Assembly (NCBI RefSeq): GCF_018977255.1
Contig: NW_024704742.1
Location: forward strand, 7,504,001 to 7,568,000
Source of the DNA: Callorhinchus milii
Lineage: Eukaryota
DNA length: 64,000 bases
Direction of reading: 5' to 3'
Shown here piece by piece: positions 24,573 to 36,546 of this stretch. The notes beneath the pieces were generated by a model that saw only the letters and a program-made list of their open reading frames with translations, was not told the DNA's origin and did not search any database. Position 1 is the stretch's first letter. Each line of letters starts with the position of its first letter. The translations under genes and the position numbers were made by a program.

Positions 24573-26716
24573 ACTTATGAGGGGAAAGTACTGTGCACTT
24601 TCCTCTCTAAAATGAAGTGAGCAATGTAGTGTATCCAATCAAAATGTTTTCTGTGCATGTGGCTATTGTGGAGTGTGCTGAGTGCTTCAATCAGCGTTTT
24701 CATAGCTGAGGATGAGTGGCTTGCATCAAAGTTACATTAAACACGTAAGCTAAAGTGTGGAGCAGAGTCTTAGGGTTAACGGGTGACATAGATTAAACGT
24801 ATCGACAACGAAATCCCACTAATAATATCACAAATTATCCCCAAACATCACACAGCTTCCAGGACAAGGTCTAAACGATTTTTTTTAATCAAAATCTATT
24901 CTAAGAACAAATTAAAAAATAATCCTTGCATTTAATATAGCATCCTTCATGTTAGGAGCACGTCTCAAAGCGCTTCACAGGAGATGTCAATCCAGGGTCC
25001 CATCTGGCTGTTCAGGTGGATTTTAAAGACACCATTGACACTATTCAAAAAGAGAAGGGAGTTTCTTCTTGTGTCCTGGCTAACAATCCCGCAGATGAAA
25101 TTGATCATTCATTTAATAACTATTTGTGGGGTTTTTGCTGTGTGCAAAGTGCCTGTCAAATTAGCCTACCCATACAGAGATTAAGGTAAAACCTGGGAAG
25201 TGCTTTGAGATGTCTTCCCAATTTGAAAGGCGCTATATCAAATACAAAGATTATTATCGTGTGGTTTAAGAGATATAAGGTGAAGATCCAAACTCTCTGG
25301 GTAGAGCCAATAGGCTACTCTCAAACACTGGAATTTCTAGATGTAGATGGCATGTATGGAATTCTGTCTGGTTTAGATGTGCTTAAGCGAGATAACGGGT
25401 TTCTGCACATGTCAGATTCCCCTCTTGACCCAAAAACTTAGCAAAAGACGATTTCACGGCCGCAGAGATAAGCTGTTCAAAAGTTTCTGCAAATGAGTCC
25501 AAGGAATGACCGATATCAAACAGCACAGGGCCATCGCATTTGCATTAAGTGGAAAGATAATTTCTGCATTTATAAGTCAGTAATGGTTGTAATTAGTGTC
25601 ACACACGCAACAGGGTGTTAAGAGGGGTAATTACAGAAAGATCCAGAGCTGTGTTTTCTTAATTGTTCATCATAGGAGTTGGCAACGAGAGGATGGATAG
25701 AAATGACAGGCAACTATTAGTCCCCTGCAGGGTCTGTGGGCACTGGCTTCTGTGACAGGACTGAGCTTTTTCAGTCAACTAACAGCACATGAATGTAGGA
25801 CACATGGGATTGTACAAGGCTGCAAGAGACTAAAGACCAAGGAATGAAATATACAATACAATTTACAATTATATAGTGCCCAGTGTCCTGGCTAACAATC
25901 GCTCAAATAATATTGGTCATGGCTGTTTGAGGACATTGCTCTGAGCAAATTGGCAAATAGGCAGGTCACTACACTTTGCAGTAAACCCCATGAAACACTT
26001 TGAAATGCCCTCCTGATGTAAGAGGTGCTATACCAAATCTAAGGAATATTATTTATTATTATTTCTGGAGGGATGTTTCAAACACTTGACAATGGACGGG
26101 CACCCCGAGCTGGAGATGAGAGCCAAGGCGGTTGGAAAGGGGAAAGATGTCTGAAACCATAGTCAATGAGGTACATTTTGAGATGGGTCTTGAACAAAGG
26201 GAGGGAATTAATGACTCCATGTTTAAAGATATGATTCTGCAAATGTATCGTACTCGAACTTTTTTTTCTCAATTGCTACCTAATTCCTCTTTTGAATTTC
26301 CTGACACAACTAATTTTCAGTATCTGGGTAATTTAGTCCACATTCACCACCACAAAATGTAGTTAAATCGTAACTTCTCTTTTCTGAGCTCAAATTCGGT
26401 CCCCTTGTTCTAGATTGGTTGACCATATTAAACATATTATTAGAAGCTCAGTTTATATATGTCCATTGAGATCTTCACCTATATAAATGTGCGTAAATTT
26501 ACAGTAAATCCTACAAAGCACTTCAAGATGCTCTCCTGACATGAAACATGAAACATGAAACATGCTGTATCAATTTATTATTTATCTTAATCTATGAGAT
26601 GAGACACATAACACGACAACTCCTAACAATATCACTTACACTTCTTAAGTGTAAAAATTCTCATCTTCCTCAGACTCTGTTCTGAACTCAGATGCCTGAT
26701 ATCAGCTAGCAATCGA

Positions 26717-26987
26717 TAATAATAATATAATAATATAATCCTTGCATTTGATATAGCATTTTCACGTCTTCTAAATGTCTTAAAGCGCTTCACAGAATAT
26801 ACTGTAAAGTGAATTGACTATATATTTGCGCGCAGCCAATTGCGCACAGCAGTGTCCCACAAACATTATTATTTATTTAATAATTATTATCTATTTATTT
26901 TTTCTTGAGGGATTATTATCAGGCATGTGGAATAAGGAAACTTGCCCAAGGTTTCGCCCAGCCGGGAATCGAATCCAGGTCTCTCTC
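26717..26987 (-). mobile_element. Young SINE, partial
   Basis: Tail, body and B-box region; head truncated by an adjacent DeuSINE tail. Confidence 0.82.
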
Positions 26988-28151
26988 GAAATAATAATAA
27001 TAATAAAAAGTAATATTACTTGCTTTTGGTATAACATCTTTCACGTAAAGAGGACATCACAAAGGACTCCACAGGAAGTGCAGTGACTGTATTTTTCGGC
27101 TAACATGCAGCTAATTTGTGCATGGCAATGTCCCACAAGCAGGGTTGTTGGCCAGGACACTAGGAGAAATGTTTCTTTTCGAGTTGTGCCATGAGATGAT
27201 TAACGTTCAACCAAACAGACAGACGGGACCTCAGTTTAATGTTTACATCTAATGTCTAATATCTATAAGATAAAGGGACCAAATATCTCTGAATGGATCC
27301 ATAAGTACAGAGGGTGGAGGGGGGGAAGAAAATAATATTTTTCAAGTCACAGGTTTAATTTCCTATGACCCTACCACCCTGGGAACTCTGTCCTATCCAT
27401 CTTTTTGACTGAACTTTCAGACACCTTTCCTTCCCCCCCAACACCACCTCAACTTCCCACGGGCTTCCAGTCAGCTGTGTGTAGCACTTTGAAAAGTCCT
27501 CTCAGTGGGAAAGGCTGTATAAAGGCAAATTGTTGTTTGTGCTCATTGAGATTAGGGATTTTCATTGCTGGGAAATAAAGCACTTTTCTGCTTTGGGCAA
27601 CATTTGCAGTGTTCAACGTCCTTGGCTCAGGTTTAGCGTTGTTAATGTCAGAGCAAAGCTGCCTCCACTGCTCAACAATAATGAGTTTCAGCCTCAAGCC
27701 CCAAATAGCACCCCCTCCTGGAAGAGTGTCATCTTTCTGCAATCCACATAAACCATCTTTATCCTTCCTCTGTGGAATACTTCCAAATGTCTATGCTAAT
27801 TTGTATCAAATCCTGGGTAGTTTTGTGCTGTGTGCCTGTTAGATACAGGAAATTGGGTTAAGAATGCCCAAACTCATGTCCCTTAGGAGCCTTATAGCTC
27901 ACAGAAGACTTTTTACTCATCAGCCTTGGTTGAATTTAAATAAAGTCAAATCCCTGAAGTAAGAAGGGCTCACTGCACCAAACAATTATCTATTAAATGT
28001 TTTGAAACGTATATAAATCTTCGTTCAGATGGGGATTTAGTTTTGTGATCAATTGAAGTTAGAGAAAGGTGAACATATTCCCTCGAGTGCATGACGTAGA
28101 CTTGACGAAATCCAAGTAATACCCAGATTCATTCCTATCCAAGTTCGCTAT

Positions 28152-28477
28152 TTAATAATAATAATAATAATCCTTGCATTTGATATAGCGCTTTTCACGT
28201 CGGGAGGACGTCCCAAAGCGCTTCACAGAACACACTGTAAAGTGAATTGACTGTATATTTGTGGGCGAACGCGGCAGCCAATTGCGCACAGCAATGTCCC
28301 ACAAACAGTCGTAGATTGAACATGACCAATTTATTATTGTTTTTGTTTTGGAGGGATTATTATTAGGCTCTGTGTGGAGTAAGGAAACTTGCCCAAGGTT
28401 TCGCCCTCTGCCTGGAATTGAACTCAGGTCTCTCGCTTGCAAAGCGAGTGCTCTAACCACTGAGCTACAGGACTCCT
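28152..28477 (-). mobile_element. Young SINE, short subfamily, full length
   Basis: Near-identical to 1993-2325. Confidence 0.93.
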
Positions 28478-28779
28478 GTCTAATGGAAATGAGCAGAGAT
28501 TATATCTACGTCTAAAAAGATACCCCGCTTCCAAAATAGCTACCAATCTCAGCTGCGCCCAGTCGCTCCGCTCAAGCCTATTGGATATGATCGCTAAGAC
28601 AATTGTGACAGTCAATTTATCTGTATTGGGGTTTGGATGCGGAATAAAGTGGAGCTGCAATGTTGGTTTAAAAGGAAAGTTGTGTGCCAGGTGTTACCTG
28701 GTTTGTGATTTACCCAAATGAGGGAAGTGTGCAATTTAGTCATTTACTACATGTGCAGTCAGTGGCGTGAGAGTCAGTC

Positions 28780-28880
28780 AGAGAAAAAGAGAGAACATGT
28801 GAGAGAAAGGGAAAGAAAGTTAGAGAGAGTGTAAGAGAGAGAGCGAGAGAGAGTGTCAGGGAGAAGAAGAGAGAGAAAAT
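28780..28880. repeat. GA-rich low-complexity tract
   Basis: Interrupted (GA)n. Confidence 0.8.
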
Positions 28881-30865
28881 GTATGGCACAACAGTGCATT
28901 AAAGTGACTGCATAACTTCTGATCAAAGTTGTTTTTAGTTAGCAATATGACCAATTATCTGCACTGATTCCAGAGCCACGCATGGGTTTAATCACAATTA
29001 AGTGCTGAGATTGGGCTCCCTATTATATCTAAAACAACCGTGGACAAGCTGCAAGATGCCGAACTCTGCAGTACATCTGAGAAACCCTCTGTGTTACCTC
29101 TATAGCTCCTGAAGCCAATGCAATAGTTACAGATACCAACAAGAGTAACTTTTGCCGACACCTCTGCTTACCTAGCAGTAAGTAGGAACCCGGTTGTTAG
29201 TCAATTTGCGGATTGCTTTTCCGAGGGTAATAATTCCTTAAAAAAAAATAATAATAATTTGGTCACAAGGTCAATCCACAGCTGTTTGTGGGACGCTGCC
29301 GTGCGCAACTGGCTGCCACGTTTCGCCCACAAAATATACAGTCGCTTTGAGACGTCTCGAAGATGTGATAAGGCGCTATATCAAAAGTAATTATCTGGGT
29401 TTACTTTTTCAATCCCATTTAAAATCGTCTACACCTCAATGAGGTGCCCTATGAGTCTTCTTCTCTCAAGACTGAAAAATGCTGTGACGGATGGATGGTA
29501 GGGTGGGTGTTTCGGAGGGATGATATCAATTGGCTAATTGGCCTTTTTCATCCAAACTAACCTTGCAATCTTGAAGAACGTGGTGAAATTCATGCTCTTT
29601 ATGGTCCAGAAAGTCTTATTTCATAACCTAAGTCAGGGCCTCGGGTCAAGCAGTGGCCCCTCTTTCAACTGCGAAAACATAACCCACAGCCTCTTACCCC
29701 CCACCCTTCATCAGCACATAAACCATCAGGCCCCAAGGTATTTGAAAGCATTTAATATCTCTCACTTCAATGCACACATCCTCAAACACATAAAGCTCGA
29801 GAATGAAGAGTGACCACACTCACAAAAGTCAGAACAAAAGAAATTTGTTGTGGATTTTATGCTTTTTTGAATCGGTCCAATTCCTTATGAGACAAATTAA
29901 ACTAAGGCATTTGTACGATATCTTTACAAAGCAAATCTATTCAGGTCATGCACAGAATGGACAGTGTATGCATTCTATGTATTTCTCCCATTGTATCGCA
30001 TCAATCTTGTCGAAGAAAGTATTCTATTTATTTTGCCAATGGCTAAAAATGCCCCTTGCTGTGTTGATTTCTTTGAAAATTGAGGGCTTTATCATTTTAT
30101 TTATCTTTATGCAATATTAACTTTGAATGCCTTTACTCTATTCTTTCTCAGGGTATTTTAACTTATTTTAACTTAACTTAGCAGCATCGGACACTTGAGT
30201 GCATTAAGAATGTGCTCTCTAACAAACAATTAAGTCAGGAAGCAAGTAATGTAGCGTGAGTCTGTCATTCCATTAAAATACTGCCATTTATTTTGTTCCT
30301 TCTGAGAAATAAAAATGAATGATCCCCCAAGAATACAGCTTCTTGCATTCAGGAATGTGGGTTGATAAGGCGGAACTGAAATTTAACTCTCGTTTAAAGT
30401 GAATGGAGTAAATGTCACTGAGGGACACAAGTTATTCTCAACTAAATTTGGAGGATATGCTCCTCTTGTGGGGGATGAAATTGTGTTTCAGTGGAATCAG
30501 GACAAACACTTACCCGACTCTGGCATGGAATTTCTTGGCAAATTAGCAGCGCATTTACTATGTTGGGATTCAACTAAGCTAGCAGCTGGCACGCAATATA
30601 TTTATACATATATAATATAAACATCCACGCTATTTTAGTGTAGTTCCTGGGAGTGTCCACTTGCTCTCAAATAAACACTATCCGTTTAAAATTACAAAAA
30701 ACCTTGTCACTCGCAGGTACTTTATCTCAGGCCTATTCTGATACCAATATCCCCAAGAAAAATGCACAAAACATACGTATCATTTTCCAAAGTGGGATTC
30801 TCAGCTTCAATACATCCTCGAATTCGGTTAAGAGGCATGACAATCAAATTGATTTATAATAAAAT

Positions 30866-31157
30866 ATAATCCTTGCATTTGATATGGCGCCTTATCAGGT
30901 CTTCGAGACACCTCAAAGCGCTTCACGGAATATACTGCAAAGTGCATTGACTGTATATTTTGCGGCGAAATGTGGCAGCCAATTGCGCACAGCAGTATCT
31001 CGCAAACAATCACGGATTGAGTGACCAAATTAATACCAAAGGTAAACAGAGGCCTGTGGAGTAAGGAAACTTTCCCAATGTTTCGCCCTGCTGGGAATCG
31101 AACCCAGGTCCTTTCACTTGCAAGGTGAGTGCTCTAACCACTGAGCTACAGGACTCC
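30866..31157 (-). mobile_element. Young SINE with internal deletion
   Basis: Head and tail present, middle block missing. Confidence 0.88.
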
Positions 31158-32877
31158 ACTGTACCTAATATGATTCTGTACCTAATCATGATAGCATGAT
31201 TAGGTACAAAGTCAATCTCTCTCCACTTTGTCCCCCCACAAAATCTGCCCCACCTCCATTCTCCAAAGATGTCTCCCTACAACATCAATGCATGTTTTTG
31301 TGTTGTCGTTAACATTATGTGTGGTTAATTGGATTCTGTATTAATTTTGTCTTCCATACAGTTTTGAAAACTCGTAGAAATAAGGCCAAACCCACACAAA
31401 TCATATATACATATACAAATATACACACACAAACATATAGTGTCCTTTTATGTTTTGTTTCAGTTTCATCACTATTCTGTTTCATTTGTATTTTATTTAT
31501 AATCTCACTGAAGGAATGAAATAACCCACAGTTCAACTGCTCCTTTTATCAGTTATCCTGGTTCAGGTACAAAGATGAAGTTAAACTATCACATATTCCT
31601 TGCCACTAAAGGGACTTTTAAAACCATACCCTGGGAAAGCGCATAATAAAACCCATTAATGCCAGAACCTCATGATTTTTGTACAGGGAGTCGGTCATTA
31701 ATTCCTCTTGCGCTCATTACACATGGAGATTAAATCACTCTTGCGCTTTATCTGAACTGTGAGCAGCCAGGATAAACAGTAAACCTGCATTATGGCTGTT
31801 CTTATACTCTATGTCTTCAACACTGACTGAACCGAGTTAGAAACACTGGTAAACAGCAAAAGACAGGATGGTATAGATTTCAGCCTAAATCCATTTTGAT
31901 AGTGTGGCACATCCTCAGATTATATCAAGAGGTCATCACATGGTGCTGATTGGTGCCCCAGATTATAACACATCCTCAGACTGCGCCCCGGGGTTATGCC
32001 AAAGTGTTAGGTTGCTGATGGATGGACATGCAGATAAATATTTGATTGCACAGACCATCCATCACACTCTCAGATCAGGAAATGCGTGAGAAGATGATGA
32101 ATGAGAGATTCAGCCACAGGGAAGAAGGTGCTTCTTTAGTGGTGATGGGTCTCAGCTCCATCCTATATCACAATGTTAGCTACTCTGTCTGTGTCAAGAA
32201 CATTATAAAGCATAGAGTGTGAAATCCCATTTGAGCTACCAAGCCAGTTCCTGCTATAGACTACACAAAACCCGTGATATTTAAATAGTATAAGATAGCT
32301 CATTTGGTCGCGCTCTCATTTTCTAAGTCAGAAGGTTATGGGTTTAAGCAGGTGCCTATGAAGTCCCTATGTTGAACTGGGACAAATTAATCCTCATGAT
32401 ACTTTGATGACAGCTCCAAGTTGTAAATAGTTACTCCGTCTGGTAACCTGAGGTATGCCATGCTGATGCCACAGGATATCCACTCCGATTCAATCCACTT
32501 CAGGAGTTATTGACAATTCCTGTTAGGAATCACCACAATTTAGACCTCATTGTACATTTACGCTGGGAAGCTCCTGATAAAAGCATCAAAGTCACAATCT
32601 TTAGTGCTAAAGGCAATTCCAGTCGGTTAATCAGGTGATATAATTGGAGCACACAATATAGTCGCGTCCACTTGTATGAAAATATTGCAATAAAGTTCTT
32701 AACCTTCAATTCAAAAATGCTTTATTCATGTCAAGAGAAAAATTTTAAAGTCTCCTTTGCAAGTATTGATAAACTATTTGTGGTGCCAAACTTCGGCCTG
32801 ATTACGCAGCACTGATGTGCTTTACTGTTGCACATTAAAAAGCCAAGCCACTTGGGGAAGGTGGTAGGCAGAAGCAA

Positions 32878-33510
32878 GATAATAAATAATAATAATCCTG
32901 GCATTTGATATCGCGCCTTATCACATTTTCGAGACGTCTCAAGGCGCTTCACAGAATATACTGTTAAGTGAATTGACTGTATATTTTGTGGGCGAAACAC
33001 GGCAGCCAATTGCACACAGCAGTGTCCCACAAACAGTCGTATAGACAACATAAACAATAACGTATAAACAATCTCTCAATGTCCATCTTAACTAAACCTT
33101 TTGTAACCTCTACTGAAACAGAGAAATTTCCCAAGCTTGGGGCAACAGCTGCTGGGAATGTTATCGAGCAGTGTTTCGCAAATAGCCGTGGATTGACCTT
33201 GTGACCAAATTATTATTATTTTTTTTTAAGGAATTATTAGCCTCAGAAAAGCAATCCGCAAATTGACTAACAACCAGGTTCCTACTTACTGCTGGGTAAA
33301 CAGAGGCGTGTGAAGTAAGGAAACTTGCCCAACATTTCGCCCTCCTGGGAATCGAAGCCAGATCTCTTGCTTGCGAGGCGAGTGCTCTAACCACTGAGCT
33401 ACAGGACTCCACGCCTGGTGTGCGCCTCTCTGCTCCCGGTCTGGCCTCCTCTTGGGAGGGTTCAGTTCTAATATTATTACCCCGTCCATGTGACCACTAC
33501 ATGACTCCAC
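32878..33510 (-). mobile_element. Young SINE carrying two templated insertions (33041-33165 and 33411-33498)
   Basis: Inserts match 45294-45418 (122/125) and 20957-21044 (87/88). Confidence 0.9.
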
Positions 33511-34149
33511 AAATTGTCCTTTAAGGGAGTGAGTCAAAGCCGGAGTGCAATGGAACCCTGGCTACTCCTGTTCACCTCTGAACATTGACTTACATTGTGA
33601 CTTTGGCAGAGGAACATTGAGAGAAGGCTCCCTCTAAAAGGAGGAATGGACTTTGCCACTGGGCCAGTAAGGGAAAGGGGGGAAATAATTCTACAAATAA
33701 CCCCAATGCTCCACATTAATTAGGAGCGCTGAGAAACTCGGCTCACCTTGACATCTGAAAAGAAAGAAAGCGTTCAGCTTGAACACACTGGAAACATATT
33801 GTATGAAACAATGAAATGAGAATGTGTTACACGCAGAAAAGCTGCGCGGGTATTCATCCTGTTCTCTGGGGCATTGTTTTGAAGCAGTAAAGTTACATTT
33901 GTACAACGCCTTTCACTTCGGGAGGATGTCCCAAGGCGCTGGCAGAGAGAGCTAGATTGCAGATGATGTAAAGTCAATGCAGTAAATAAATGTTTTAATT
34001 ATCCCATCGCCCGGCAGTGAATTTTCAACAATGGCCACAGATTGAAATGTTTTTAGTAACAAAGTAATGATTTATCACACACAATGCTCTTTGACATCTC
34101 TTTCATTTATCATTTCTCTCATTACAACAACAGCAGAGTGAGCTTTTAA

Positions 34150-35745
34150 GACCATAAGACGTAGGAGCAGGAGTAGGCCACTCGGCCCCTCGAGCCTGCC
34201 CCGACATTTGATGAGATCATGCCTGATCTTCCAATCTAATTCCATTTACCCGCCTTATCCCCATATCCCTTAATCCTTCTATCCTTTAGAAATCTATCAA
34301 CCTCAGTCTTGTATATGTTCAAGGATTGAGCATCCACAACTTTCTGGGGTAGAGAATTCCACAAATTCACTACCCTCTGAGTGAAGAAATGTTTCCTCAA
34401 CTTAGTTCGAAAAGGCTGACCCTTAATCTTGAGACTATGACCCCTAGTTTTAGATTTTCCAAACAGAGGAAACAGTTTTACGGCATCTACCCTGTCAAGA
34501 CCCTTAAGAATCTTATAGATTTCTATAAGATCACCTCTAATTCTTCTATAGTCTAGAAAATATAGGCCTAGTTTACTCGACCTATCTTCATAGGTCAACC
34601 CCCTCATCCCAGCAACCAACTTAGTGAATCTACACTGCATAAGGTGAGTATGCCCTTTCTTAAATAAGGAGACCAAAACTGCACACAATATTCTAGGTGC
34701 GATCTCACCAAAGCCTTATACAACTGCAGCAAGTTTCCCTACTCTTGTACTGTAACCCTTTTGCAACGAATGCCAACATGGCATTAGCCTTCCTAATTGC
34801 TTGCTGTATCTGCATACTAACATTTTGTGACTGGTGTACAAGGACACCCAAATCCCTCTGAATGCTAACACTACCTAGGCTCTCCCCCTATAGAGAATAA
34901 TCAATTTTTCTATTTTTACTGCCTAGGTGAATAACTTCACACTTCCCCACGTTATACTCCATCTGCCACCTTCTTGCCCACTCACCCAGCCTGTCTATTT
35001 CCTTTGCATTCTTTTTGTGTATTCTTCACAGCTTACACTCCCACCTATTTTCATATCATCTGCGAATTTAGATATGTTAAGTTCTATTTCTTCATCTAAA
35101 TCATTGATATAGACTGTAAATAATTGAGGCCCAAGAACTGATCCTTGTGGTACTCCACTAGTCACATCCTGTCAATCTGAGAAGGACCCATTTATCCCTA
35201 CTCTCTGTTTTCTGCCTGTTAGCCACTCTCCAATCCATGCTAATATATTACCTTTAATTCCCTGGGCTCTAATCTCATGCAACAGCCTTTTATGTGGCAC
35301 CTTGTTGAATGCCTTCTGGAAATCCAAGCACACCATATCTACTGGTTCCCCCTATCTAACCTGCTAATTATATCCTCAAAACACTCTAAAAGATTTGTTA
35401 AAAATGATTTCCCTTTTGTGAAGTCATGTTGACTCTGCCTAATCATGTTATGATTTTCTAAGTACCCCACGATGACATCGCTAATTAAGAACTCTAGAAT
35501 TTTCCCTACCACCGATGTCAGACTAACTGGTCTATAGTTCCCAGTTTTTTGTCTCCCACCCTTCTTAAATAGTGGTGTTAAGTTTGCGACCTTCCAATCA
35601 ATGGGAACCATTCCAGAATCCAGGGAATTTTGGAAGATCAAAAACAAAGCATCCACTATCTCAGCAGCTACCTCTTTTAAAACCCTAGGATGCAGGCTAT
35701 CAGGTCCAGAAGATTTATCGATTTTTAATCCTATCAATTTCGGGG
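34150..35745 (-). mobile_element. CR1 LINE, 5'-truncated ~1.6 kb, RT + C-terminus + 3' end; frameshifted
   Basis: KSSGPDSLHPRVLKE, WKVANLTPLFKKG..GNYRPVSLTSVVGK, RGDLIEIYKILKG, TRGHSLK, FFTQRVVNLWNSLP; 3' UTR 'ccgagtggcctactcctgctcctacgtcttatgg'. Confidence 0.95.
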
Positions 35746-36206
35746 GCACCAGACTAGATTTTACAGCCTAAAATAGCTCTTTAATATAACCCTTGGAGCA
35801 ATGTTACAGATAGGAGTCAATAGCTGGAGAGTAGCTTTTTACTTGAGCCCCATGTCCTAGCTTCAACCATCTTTCCTGACAAGCATGACAAGCACTCACT
35901 GAATAACCTTCCTGTTATCTGTCCTGAAATTGCCCTTTACATCTCTAAACCTATGTCTTCTTGTTCTGTCTTGGTGCATTCTAAAGTATTGATCTGGGTT
36001 TACTTTTCCAATCACATTTAAATTGTAATACATCTCTGTAAGATATCCACTTTGTCATTCTTTCAAAATTGAAGAGCCCCAGCTTGTCTAATCATTACTC
36101 AAAGCTCATTCTTCTAACTCTGGGGATCAACCTTGTTGCTCTTTTCTGCACTGTCTCTGGTGTAGGGCCCTTATGTGTGGACCAGAACTGCGTGCAGTGT
36201 TCAAAG

Positions 36207-36546
36207 TAATAATAATAATAATCCTTGTATTTGATATAGCGCCTCATCACGTCTTCGAGACGTCTCAAAGCGCTTCACAAAAGTGAATTGACTGCATGTT
36301 TTGTGGGCGAAAGGAGGCAGCCAATTGCACACAGCAGTGTCCCACAAACAGTCGTGGATTAAGTGACCACATTCTTTTTTTTGTGGGTATTATTATTCCC
36401 AGAAAAGCGATCCATCAATCGATTAACAACCGGGTTCCTGCTTACTGCTAGGTGAACAAAGGCGTGTGGAGCAAGTAAACTTGCCCAACATTTCGCCCTG
36501 CCGGGAATAGAACCTGGGTCTTCTCGCTTGTCATGCGAGTGCTCTC
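36207..36546 (-). mobile_element. Young SINE inserted within a CR1 fragment (about 35880-36950)
   Basis: SINE consensus; flanks encode MKFNTDKCNVLH.G..N and KAN.MLG.I-type CR1 motifs. Confidence 0.85.

Noticed and set aside
34150..35745. Active LINE or domesticated RT gene
   Set aside because: 5'-truncated, with frameshifts and stops between ORF pieces
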